A DNA stretch of 30,463 bases, filler included, from Nitrospirae bacterium CG2_30_53_67 (GTDB taxonomy: Bacteria > CG2-30-53-67), in NCBI GenBank assembly GCA_001873285.1. It is 3 parts of 3 records of this genome, joined end to end, with 100 filler letters (N's around TTAATTAATTAA, not from the genome) between each part and the next. Parts side by side here need not be neighbours in the genome. Positions count along the whole stretch, not along the records: positions 12,340 to 21,727 come from MNYV01000100.1; positions 21,828 to 30,463 come from MNYV01000129.1; 1 more part is not named here. The stretch is one strand, 5' to 3'. The translations under genes were made by a program, and so were the position numbers. Shown one piece after another: positions 16,863-24,100 of the stretch (position 1 is its first letter; every line of letters starts with the position of its first letter). Below the pieces are notes generated by a model. It ran no database searches, was not told the origin of the DNA, and worked only from the letters and a program-made list of their open reading frames with translations.

Positions 16863-17339
16863 ATGGAGTACAAGCTTCCTGAAAAGGAGATCGATTCGAT
16901 TTTTTCCCGATACCCGGACAAGAAGGCGGCCCTGCTCCCCATTCTGCGGGTGATCCAGACAAAGGCGGGGTATATCTCTCCCGATGCGGAGAAGTATGCA
17001 GCCGAGCTGATCGGGGTTCAGCCGGCCCGGGTCCATGAGGTGGTGACCTTTTATTCCTGGTTCCTCGAGGCGCCTGGAGGCAAAAACCTGATCCTCATTT
17101 GCGAAAGCATCAGTTGTTCCCTTCTGGGGTCCGAGGAAATTTTGGGCCATCTGAAGAAGACCCTGGGGATTGACGTGGGGGAAACCACGCCGGACAAGCT
17201 TTTCACCCTGGGTACGGTGGAATGTCTGGCCCACTGCGATGCCTCTCCCTCGGTGATGATCAATGATGAGATCCTGGCGCCCGCGACCATTGAGGAGATC
17301 GATCGGATTATCGAGGGAAAAAGAAGGAATACTGGCTGA
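16863..17339 (+). CDS. nuoE: NADH-quinone oxidoreductase subunit E (copy 2)
   Basis: VVTFYSWF; 2Fe-2S ligands CESISC and CLAHC. Confidence 0.95.
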   Translation: MEYKLPEKEIDSIFSRYPDKKAALLPILRVIQTKAGYISPDAEKYAAELIGVQPARVHEVVTFYSWFLEAPGGKNLILICESISCSLLGSEEILGHLKKTLGIDVGETTPDKLFTLGTVECLAHCDASPSVMINDEILAPATIEEIDRIIEGKRRNTG

Positions 17340-17343
17340 TGTT

Positions 17344-17451
17344 CCCCCTCACCCCCACCCTCTCCCCAAAGGGAGAGGGAGTTTTAAAGATTCCTCTCCC
17401 TAATGATTATCCCCTCTCCCCATGAATGGGGGAGAGGGCAAGGGTGAGGGG
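17344..17451. repeat. Pair of oppositely oriented REP-like CCCCTCACCC...CCCTCTCCC/GGGAGAGGG palindromes
   Basis: Forward unit 17344-17380, reverse unit 17411-17451; the same family occurs at 18835-18986. Confidence 0.85.
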
Positions 17452-17454
17452 TTG

Positions 17455-17521
17455 ACCCCGTTAGAAGTCTGGCAAGAAATTCACGAAGCAGCAGAATGTG
17501 TGATAAAACTTCTAACGGGGT
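17455..17521. repeat. ACCCCGTTAGA...TCTAACGGGGT mini-element, 67-bp form
   Basis: Perfect 14-bp inverted repeat ACCCCGTTAGAAGT / ACTTCTAACGGGGT followed by GAA; a short form lies at 23806-23835. Confidence 0.85.
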
Positions 17522-17561
17522 GAAGGTGAGGGGGCTCACGGAGGAAGCAGAGGATGTAAAA

Positions 17562-18800
17562 ATGGAAAAAATATTGACCAAGAATTTTGACAAGCCCGGC
17601 TCCCATACCCTGAAAGTCTATGAGGAGGGCGGCGGGTACGAGGCCCTTCGTACAGTCCTCTCCTCGTGGACGCCGGAACAGGTGGCGGCCGAGGTCAAGA
17701 GGTCCAATCTCCGCGGACGGGGAGGAGCGGGGTTCCCGACTGGCATGAAGTGGGGCTTTGTGCCCAAGGACTCTCCCAAAGAAAAATATCTTTGTGTCAA
17801 TGCCGACGAGGGAGAGCCGGGGACCTTCAAGGACCGCATGATCCTGGAGAGAGACCCCCATATGCTTTTGGAGGGGGCGATTCTCGCCTCCTATGCCATC
17901 AGCGCGGGCAAGGCTTACATCTATATCCGAGGCGAATTCGCCTTGGGCGGCGAGCGCATGGAAGCGGCTGTTTCCGAGGCGTATGCCCGGAACTACCTGG
18001 GCCAGAATATCCTGAAAAGCGGTTTCAATCTGGATGTCGCTGTCCACTACGGCGCCGGGGCCTATATCTGCGGTGAGGAGACGGCGCTGCTGGAATCCCT
18101 CGAGGGGAAGAAGGGATGGCCCAGGGTCCGTCCTCCGTTTCCTGCTGTGGCGGGACTTTTCCGCTGCCCCACGGTGATCAACAATGTGGAGACCCTGGCC
18201 AATGTCCCGCACATCATCAATCAGGGGGCCGAGTGGTTTGCCTCTCTGGGGACCGAAAAGAGCGGGGGGACCAAGCTCTTTCCCATCAGCGGGCGGGTGA
18301 ACCGCCCCGGTTTGTATGAGCTTCCCCTGGGCACGCCGCTTCGGAGAATGATCGAGGAGGAGGCCGCCGGCGTGATCGGAGGCAAGAGGATCAAGGGGGT
18401 GATCCCCGGAGGCGCCTCCTGTCCCGTGCTCACGGAAAAAGAGATTGATGTTCCCATGGATTTCGATTCCCTGGCCCGTGCAGGCTCCATGCTCGGTTCC
18501 GGCGCGGTCATTGTCCTCGATGAAGAGACCTCCATGGTCAAGACCCTGCTCAATCTGGAACGGTTCTTCGCACGTGAGTCCTGCGGACAGTGCACCCCTT
18601 GCCGTGAAGGGACCCGCTGGATTGTGCAGGTCCTGACCCGGATTGCGAACGGCAAGGGCACGGACGGCGATCCGGACCTCCTGCTCGATATTGCAGACCA
18701 CATGGCCGGGCGCACGGTCTGCCCCCTGGGGGATGCGGCGGCCGGGCCGGTCAAGAGTTTTGTAACCAAGTTTCGACAGGAATTCATGTCCCTGTCATGA
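17562..18800 (+). CDS. nuoF: NADH-quinone oxidoreductase subunit F (copy 2)
   Basis: LRGRGGAGFPTGMKW, NADEGEPGTFKDR, GAGAYICGEETALLESLEG, ESCGQCTPCREG. Start moved to ATG 17562 because the ORF-track extension is repeat-derived. Confidence 0.97.
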   Translation: MEKILTKNFDKPGSHTLKVYEEGGGYEALRTVLSSWTPEQVAAEVKRSNLRGRGGAGFPTGMKWGFVPKDSPKEKYLCVNADEGEPGTFKDRMILERDPHMLLEGAILASYAISAGKAYIYIRGEFALGGERMEAAVSEAYARNYLGQNILKSGFNLDVAVHYGAGAYICGEETALLESLEGKKGWPRVRPPFPAVAGLFRCPTVINNVETLANVPHIINQGAEWFASLGTEKSGGTKLFPISGRVNRPGLYELPLGTPLRRMIEEEAAGVIGGKRIKGVIPGGASCPVLTEKEIDVPMDFDSLARAGSMLGSGAVIVLDEETSMVKTLLNLERFFARESCGQCTPCREGTRWIVQVLTRIANGKGTDGDPDLLLDIADHMAGRTVCPLGDAAAGPVKSFVTKFRQEFMSLS

Positions 18801-18834
18801 AATGGGAATCAGGAGTCCGAATCCCAAGCAGGTT

Positions 18835-18986
18835 CCTCCCCCTGGATGGGGGAGAATAAAGGTGGGGGTGGGCATTTCTTTTTCGATTCCCCCTCACCCG
18901 CACCCTCTACCGCCAGGGGAGAGGGAAGCATGAGAGTCTCATAGGATGGTGAATCAGGGCCTTACTCCCCTTCCAAGGGGGGGGGG
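18835..18986. repeat. Cluster of REP-like CCCCTCACCC-family palindromes
   Basis: Units at about 18835-18870 (reverse), 18889-18926 (forward) and 18965-18986 (degenerate hairpin). Confidence 0.8.
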
Positions 18987-19031
18987 AAAAATAAGACTTC
19001 TTGTGAGGCGATCAGGATTGAAAGAGACATC

Positions 19032-20540
19032 ATGCCCAAACTGACCATCGATGGAAAGAGCATTTTGGTTGAGCCGGGGTCCACGGTGATGCAGGCCGCG
19101 GACCGGCTGGGGATCCTCATCCCCCGGTTCTGCTACCACCCGGCTCTTTCGGCCGTGGGAAGCTGCCGGATGTGCATGGTGGAGATCGAGAGACTCCCCA
19201 AGCTTCAGACCGCTTGTACCACACCGGCGGTTGATGGCATGGTGGTGCATACCGAAACCGATAAGGTCCGTGACGCACGCCGGAGCATCCTGGAGTTTCT
19301 CCTGATCAACCACCCCATTGACTGCCCGGTCTGCGACAAGACCGGAGAATGTTTTCTCCAGGACTATTATATGGAATACGGCCTTTACACCAGCCGTTAT
19401 CTCGAAGAACGATGGAACAAGAGAAAGGTGTTTATCCTGGGGCCCACCATTGTCATGGACGAAGAGAGGTGTGTGCTCTGCTCACGCTGTGTCCGGTTCT
19501 TTGAAGAGGTATCCAAGGTGAAACGCCTGGGGATCTTCGAGCGGAGTGCGGAATCGTATCTCTCCACCTATCCGGGTGAGGTTCTAAAAGACCCTTACTG
19601 CGGGAATGTCGTGGACCTCTGTCCGGTAGGGGCCCTGACCGACCGAGACTTCCGCTTTGAGCAGCGGGTCTGGATGCTGAAGCATGGGGATGCCGTATGC
19701 CCCTTCTGCGCACGGGGGTGCAACATCACCGTGGATTACAACGAGAAGAGCGACATCCAGATCAACGACCGCCGCGTCTATCGTTTTCGACCAAGGTACA
19801 ACCCCGAGGTGAACGGATACTGGATGTGCGACACGGGGCGCTACGGTTACCGGGCCGTGGATTCACCGGAGCGGATCGGAGAACCCCTGATGCGTGAAGG
19901 GAAGCGGATGATACCGGTGGGATGGGAGACCATGATCAAGAAGACGGCGCTCCGGATTCGGGAGGTGATCGACCAGGACGGACCTGAGTGCATCGGGCTG
20001 ATCGTGCATCCCTCGGTTACCTGTGAAACAGCCGGGGCCGCGAAGAGGCTCTTTGTGGAACATCTTGGCGTCCGGAACGTGAGCACGGGGTTTCCCGTGG
20101 ACCCGTCCGCATATGAAGATGATATCCTGATCCGCAAGGACCGTTTCCCGAACCGGCGCGGCCTGGAACAGGCCGGCCTTGCGGCCGGAGAAAAGGATGC
20201 GGAGTGGATTCTGGGGGCCTGGGCCAGGGGGGAAATCAAACTCCTCTACATGATCGGAGATGATCTCCCCAGGCTTTTGAATAAGCAGAAACCATCTCCC
20301 CTCTTCGGGGCAGAGGGGGTCCTCATCCTCCAGAAGAGCACCGCGGGCCCGGAAGACGAATCTGCCCGGATGATCCTCCCCTCGGCCATGTCCCTTGAAG
20401 AGGGTGGGACTTTTATCAACTTCGAGGGGAAGGCCCAGCAGTTCAAGGGCGTGGTCTCTCCATTCGGTGAATCTCTTGGGTCCGGGGATATCCTGGCCCG
20501 GCTGGCCCAGGCGCTCGGCCTGGACACGGGGACGGCATAA
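19032..20540 (+). CDS. nuoG: NuoG, short 502-aa form (copy 2)
   Basis: PRFCYH...SCRMC...TAC, NHPIDCPVCDKTGEC, RCVLCSRC...DLCPVGAL, CPFCARGC...MCD; lies between nuoF and nuoH. Confidence 0.93.
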   Translation: MPKLTIDGKSILVEPGSTVMQAADRLGILIPRFCYHPALSAVGSCRMCMVEIERLPKLQTACTTPAVDGMVVHTETDKVRDARRSILEFLLINHPIDCPVCDKTGECFLQDYYMEYGLYTSRYLEERWNKRKVFILGPTIVMDEERCVLCSRCVRFFEEVSKVKRLGIFERSAESYLSTYPGEVLKDPYCGNVVDLCPVGALTDRDFRFEQRVWMLKHGDAVCPFCARGCNITVDYNEKSDIQINDRRVYRFRPRYNPEVNGYWMCDTGRYGYRAVDSPERIGEPLMREGKRMIPVGWETMIKKTALRIREVIDQDGPECIGLIVHPSVTCETAGAAKRLFVEHLGVRNVSTGFPVDPSAYEDDILIRKDRFPNRRGLEQAGLAAGEKDAEWILGAWARGEIKLLYMIGDDLPRLLNKQKPSPLFGAEGVLILQKSTAGPEDESARMILPSAMSLEEGGTFINFEGKAQQFKGVVSPFGESLGSGDILARLAQALGLDTGTA

Positions 20541-21613
20541 TGGACATCGTCATCATTCTCGTCAAGATAGGTCTGATGATCGGCTTTCTCATGGTCATGG
20601 GCCTGCTCCTCACCTGGGTCGAGCGGAAACAGAGCGCTGTGATGCAGGACAGAATCGGCGCCAACCGCGCCGATATCCTGGGCATGCGCCTCATCGGCCT
20701 TTTTCATCCCCTGGCCGATGCCCTGAAACTCCTGACCAAGGAGGACTTCGTCCCGCCTTCAGGCAACCGCTTTATTCATACCCTGGCCCCGTTTATCGCT
20801 TTTACCACGGCACTGGTCGGGTTCGCCGTGATCCCCTTTGGCCCGCCCATCCATCTGTTCCACCGGGAGATCACGCTTCAGGTGGCCGACATCCACGTGG
20901 GGATCCTCTTTGTTTTTGTCGCGGCCGGGCTCTCCATCTACGGGGTGATCCTGGCCGGATGGTCCTCGGCCAACCGATACAGTCTCCTCGGAGCGCTCCG
21001 GGGCGCGGCGCAGACCATCTCCTATGAAGTCTCCATGGGGCTTTCCGTCATCGGCCTCCTCATGATTTTTGGATCGCTCAGCCTCTCCGAGATCGCCCAT
21101 GCGCAGGGGGAGCTCATCTGGGGCTTTCTCCCCCGCTGGGGGGTGATGGTCCAGCCGCTCGGATTCCTGATCTTCTTCACAGCCGCCGTGGCCGAGACCA
21201 AGCGGGTCCCCTTTGACCTCCCGGAAGGGGAGTCGGAGATCATCGGTTTTTTCTTAGAGTACAGCGGGATGAAGTTCGGACTTCTCTGGATCGGGGAGTT
21301 CGTGGAGATTGTGGTCATGTCCGGGCTGATCACGGCACTCTTTTTCGGGGGGTGGCAGGTCCCCTTCCTGTATGAGCATGGGTTTGAATTCCCATGGGGA
21401 ACTCGGGCCGGGCTTCCCCATGGTCTGGTCCTGACATTGCAGGTCGCTTCCTTTGTATTCAAGGTCGCCTTTTTTTGCTGGTTTCAGATGCTGGTCCGGT
21501 GGACGTTTCCCCGGTTCCGCTATGACCAGCTTATGCGCCTCGGGTGGAAAGGACTGCTGCCGCTTTCGTTTTTAAACATTGTGGTGACCGGGATCGTTGT
21601 TCTGGTATTTTAG
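20540..21613 (+). CDS. nuoH: NADH-quinone oxidoreductase subunit H (copy 2)
   Basis: [57 protein letters not shown] overlap with nuoG. Confidence 0.97.
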   Translation: MDIVIILVKIGLMIGFLMVMGLLLTWVERKQSAVMQDRIGANRADILGMRLIGLFHPLADALKLLTKEDFVPPSGNRFIHTLAPFIAFTTALVGFAVIPFGPPIHLFHREITLQVADIHVGILFVFVAAGLSIYGVILAGWSSANRYSLLGALRGAAQTISYEVSMGLSVIGLLMIFGSLSLSEIAHAQGELIWGFLPRWGVMVQPLGFLIFFTAAVAETKRVPFDLPEGESEIIGFFLEYSGMKFGLLWIGEFVEIVVMSGLITALFFGGWQVPFLYEHGFEFPWGTRAGLPHGLVLTLQVASFVFKVAFFCWFQMLVRWTFPRFRYDQLMRLGWKGLLPLSFLNIVVTGIVVLVF

Positions 21614-21663
21614 GTTCATCGTCGAAGTATGTGATCAAAAAATAGTGGTTCATATCCTTTGTT

Positions 21664-21727
21664 GTCATTGTCCATTTTGTCATCGTCCGGTCCCCCGATC
21701 AAGTCGGAGGACAGGCCCGACCGGGCG
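21664..21727. repeat. GTCATT...AATGAC family palindrome, truncated by the contig end
   Basis: A short GTCATTGTCC (21664-21673), then GTCATCGTCCGGTCCCCCGATCAAGTCGGAGGACAGGCCCGACCGGGCG, which matches the 7884 copy. Confidence 0.88.
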
Positions 21728-21827
21728 NNNNNNNNNNNNNNNNNNNNNNNNNNNNNNNNNNNNNNNNNNNNTTAATTAATTAANNNNNNNNNNNNNNNNN
21801 NNNNNNNNNNNNNNNNNNNNNNNNNNN
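21728..21827. other. Artificial contig linker
   Basis: 44 N + TTAATTAATTAA + 44 N. Confidence 0.99.
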
Positions 21828-21910
21828 TCATGAAGTTTGCGGGCAAGGCCTTTGTCGGGGACAAGAAGGGGGCGGAAGCGGAGCTGACCGCCACCATTGT
21901 GGACCGATAA
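21828..21910 (+). CDS. fabZ: 3-hydroxyacyl-ACP dehydratase, C-terminal fragment (5' end lost at the contig edge)
   Basis: Translates as MKFAGKAFVGDKKGAEAELTATIVDR*, resembling FabZ C-termini; canonical position just before lpxA. Confidence 0.78.
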
Positions 21911-21917
21911 GGCAAGG

Positions 21918-22694
21918 ATGATGAGCATAGACAAGACATCCATGATTCATCCCAAGGCAGAGATCGCAGAGGATGCGGAGATCGGGCCCTTCTGTACGAT
22001 CGGGGAACATGTGAAGATCGGCAGAGGGGTCAGGATAAAATCCCATGTGAGTATTCAAGGGTGGACTGAGATCGGGGATGAGTGCGTCTTCTTTCCCTTC
22101 TCCTCCATTGGGGAGCCCCCGCAGGACCTCAAGTTCAAGGGGGAGGCGTCCCGCCTCATCATCGGGCGGGAGAACGTCTTCCGAGAGTTTATCACCTTGA
22201 ATCGTGGGACCGAGCACGGCGGCGGGGAGACCGTGATCGGGGATCATAACTTTTTCATGGCCTATTGCCACGTGGCGCACGACTGCAGGATCGGCAACCA
22301 TGTGGTCATGGCCAATGCCGCGACCCTGGCGGGTCATATCACGATCGAGGATCATGCCATCATCGGCGGGCTTTCGGCCATTCACCAATTCGTGCGCGTG
22401 GGAAGGCATGCCATCATCGGCGGCGCCTCGGCCGTACCCAAGGATGTCCCCCCATTCTGCAATGTGACAGGGAATCGGGCCGAACTGCACGGCCTTAATA
22501 CCGTTGGACTCAAGCGGAATAACTTTTCCGAGGAAACAGTCCGGGAGCTCAAGAACGCCTACCGCATTCTTTTCCGCTCCGACCTCCTGCTCCAGGATGC
22601 CATAGCACGGGTTTCTGAGGAGGCGGCGGATATCCCGGAGGTTCGGGAACTCCTGGATTTCCTGCGGGAGTCCAAGCGGGGGATCTGCAGATGA
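21918..22694 (+). CDS. lpxA: Acyl-ACP--UDP-N-acetylglucosamine O-acyltransferase
   Basis: Hexapeptide repeats, PQDLKFKGE, HVAHDC, GGLSAIHQFVRVG, GLNTVGLKR, C-terminal SKRGI. Confidence 0.97.
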   Translation: MMSIDKTSMIHPKAEIAEDAEIGPFCTIGEHVKIGRGVRIKSHVSIQGWTEIGDECVFFPFSSIGEPPQDLKFKGEASRLIIGRENVFREFITLNRGTEHGGGETVIGDHNFFMAYCHVAHDCRIGNHVVMANAATLAGHITIEDHAIIGGLSAIHQFVRVGRHAIIGGASAVPKDVPPFCNVTGNRAELHGLNTVGLKRNNFSEETVRELKNAYRILFRSDLLLQDAIARVSEEAADIPEVRELLDFLRESKRGICR

Positions 22695-23653
22695 AAGATT
22701 ACAAGCCCATGGATCTGAAAAAGGTCAAGACCTATCCGATCAAGAAACGCAAAAACAAGGTCGGTATCCATGACTTTGCGCGTGTCAGCCGCAAGGGAGA
22801 GGGGTTCTCAAAGTTCATTTCTTCCCTGCCGGATATCCTGGCGGCCAGAGATTTTCGAGAGGTGGCGGACGCCGTGGTCCATGCCCGTGAACAGGGGCGG
22901 CCGGTGGTGATGGCCATGGGCGCGCACGTGATCAAGTGCGGCCTCTCCCCGGTGATCATCCACCTGATCCGAAAAGACGTGGTTACGGCCGTGGCCATGA
23001 ACGGGGCGGGGAGCATCCACGACTACGAGATCGCACTCATCGGCGGGAGTTCCGAGGACGTTGAGGAGGAGATCCGGACCGGGAGGTTCGGGATGGTTGA
23101 CGAGACCGGAAGGGACATTATGGACGCCCTGTCTCTGGGGGTTCCCAGAGGGTGGGGGTATGGAGAGTCCCTGGGCCGGTATATTCTTTCGAAGAAGCCT
23201 CCCCATCATCAGTACAGTATCCTGTCTGCATCGGCGAAAAAGAAGATTCCGGCAACCGTGCATGCGGCCCTGGGCGCCGATATCATCCACATGCACCCGG
23301 CCATGGACGGCGCGCTCATGGGGCAGGCCTCCTTCACGGATTTCAGACTCCTCTGCTCGGTGGTGGCGGACCTGGGGCGGGGCGGGGTCTGGATGAATAT
23401 CGGGTCCGCCGTGATTCTCCCTGAGGTTTTTCTCAAGGCCCTCAGCGTGGCCCGAAACCTCGGTCACGATGTTTCTGACTTTGTGACCGTGAATCTCGAC
23501 ATGATTCAGCACTACCGGCCCAGGGAGAACGTGGTCCGCCGTCCCACTCGTCAGGGCGGGAGGGGATACGCCCTGACCGGGCACCATGAGATCATGATCC
23601 CCCTCCTGGCCAGGGCCATACTGGAGAAACTCGAATCATCTCCAAAAGAGTGA
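22691..23653 (+). CDS. Conserved hypothetical protein with a probable deoxyhypusine-synthase-like (DHS-like NAD-binding) fold
   Basis: MGAHVIKCGL, AMNGAGSIHDYE, IGSAVILPEVFLKAL, GHHEIMIPLL. The layout recalls DHS-like proteins. ATGA overlap with lpxA supports a real gene; function is unknown. Confidence 0.7.
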   Translation: MKDYKPMDLKKVKTYPIKKRKNKVGIHDFARVSRKGEGFSKFISSLPDILAARDFREVADAVVHAREQGRPVVMAMGAHVIKCGLSPVIIHLIRKDVVTAVAMNGAGSIHDYEIALIGGSSEDVEEEIRTGRFGMVDETGRDIMDALSLGVPRGWGYGESLGRYILSKKPPHHQYSILSASAKKKIPATVHAALGADIIHMHPAMDGALMGQASFTDFRLLCSVVADLGRGGVWMNIGSAVILPEVFLKALSVARNLGHDVSDFVTVNLDMIQHYRPRENVVRRPTRQGGRGYALTGHHEIMIPLLARAILEKLESSPKE

Positions 23654-23655
23654 TT

Positions 23656-24043
23656 GAAAACATAAGGGTTACGCTGCGCGTGCCCCGCTTTTCTCTATTT
23701 TTTCAGGGCATCTTGGGGTCAAGGGGTCAAGGATTCCAGGGGCCAAGTGAAGTGCTTTTCAAGACTTAAGGGTCCGAGGGTCCAAGGATTCAAGGGGTCG
23801 AGTGAACCCCGTTAGAGGTTGTCCTCTAACGGGGTGAAGTGCTAAAAAACATCAGGGGTCAAGGGTTACGCTGCGCGTGTCCAGCTTTTCTATATACTTG
23901 CCGTCTGCGACGGCTATTATACTGAGGAATCTTGGGATCCAGTGTTTTTCTCTGAAGATTTTTCTTTTATTTAAGTATTTCACTTGACCCCTTGAACCCT
24001 GGAATCCTCGAACCCTTTTTACCCACTAAATGGGAGAAGAACC
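23656..24043. repeat. Composite octamer-array element with nested modules
   Basis: Three forward CAAGGGGT runs, right arm TATTTCACTTGACCCCTTGAACCCTGGAATCCTCGAACCC, two copies of AAGGGTTACGCTGCGCGTG and one ACCCCGTTAGA hairpin. Confidence 0.88.
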
Positions 24044-24100
24044 AATTTTTAATACAGTTTATTGCGGTATGAAAAATATACAAGATAGGACGGTACTAAC

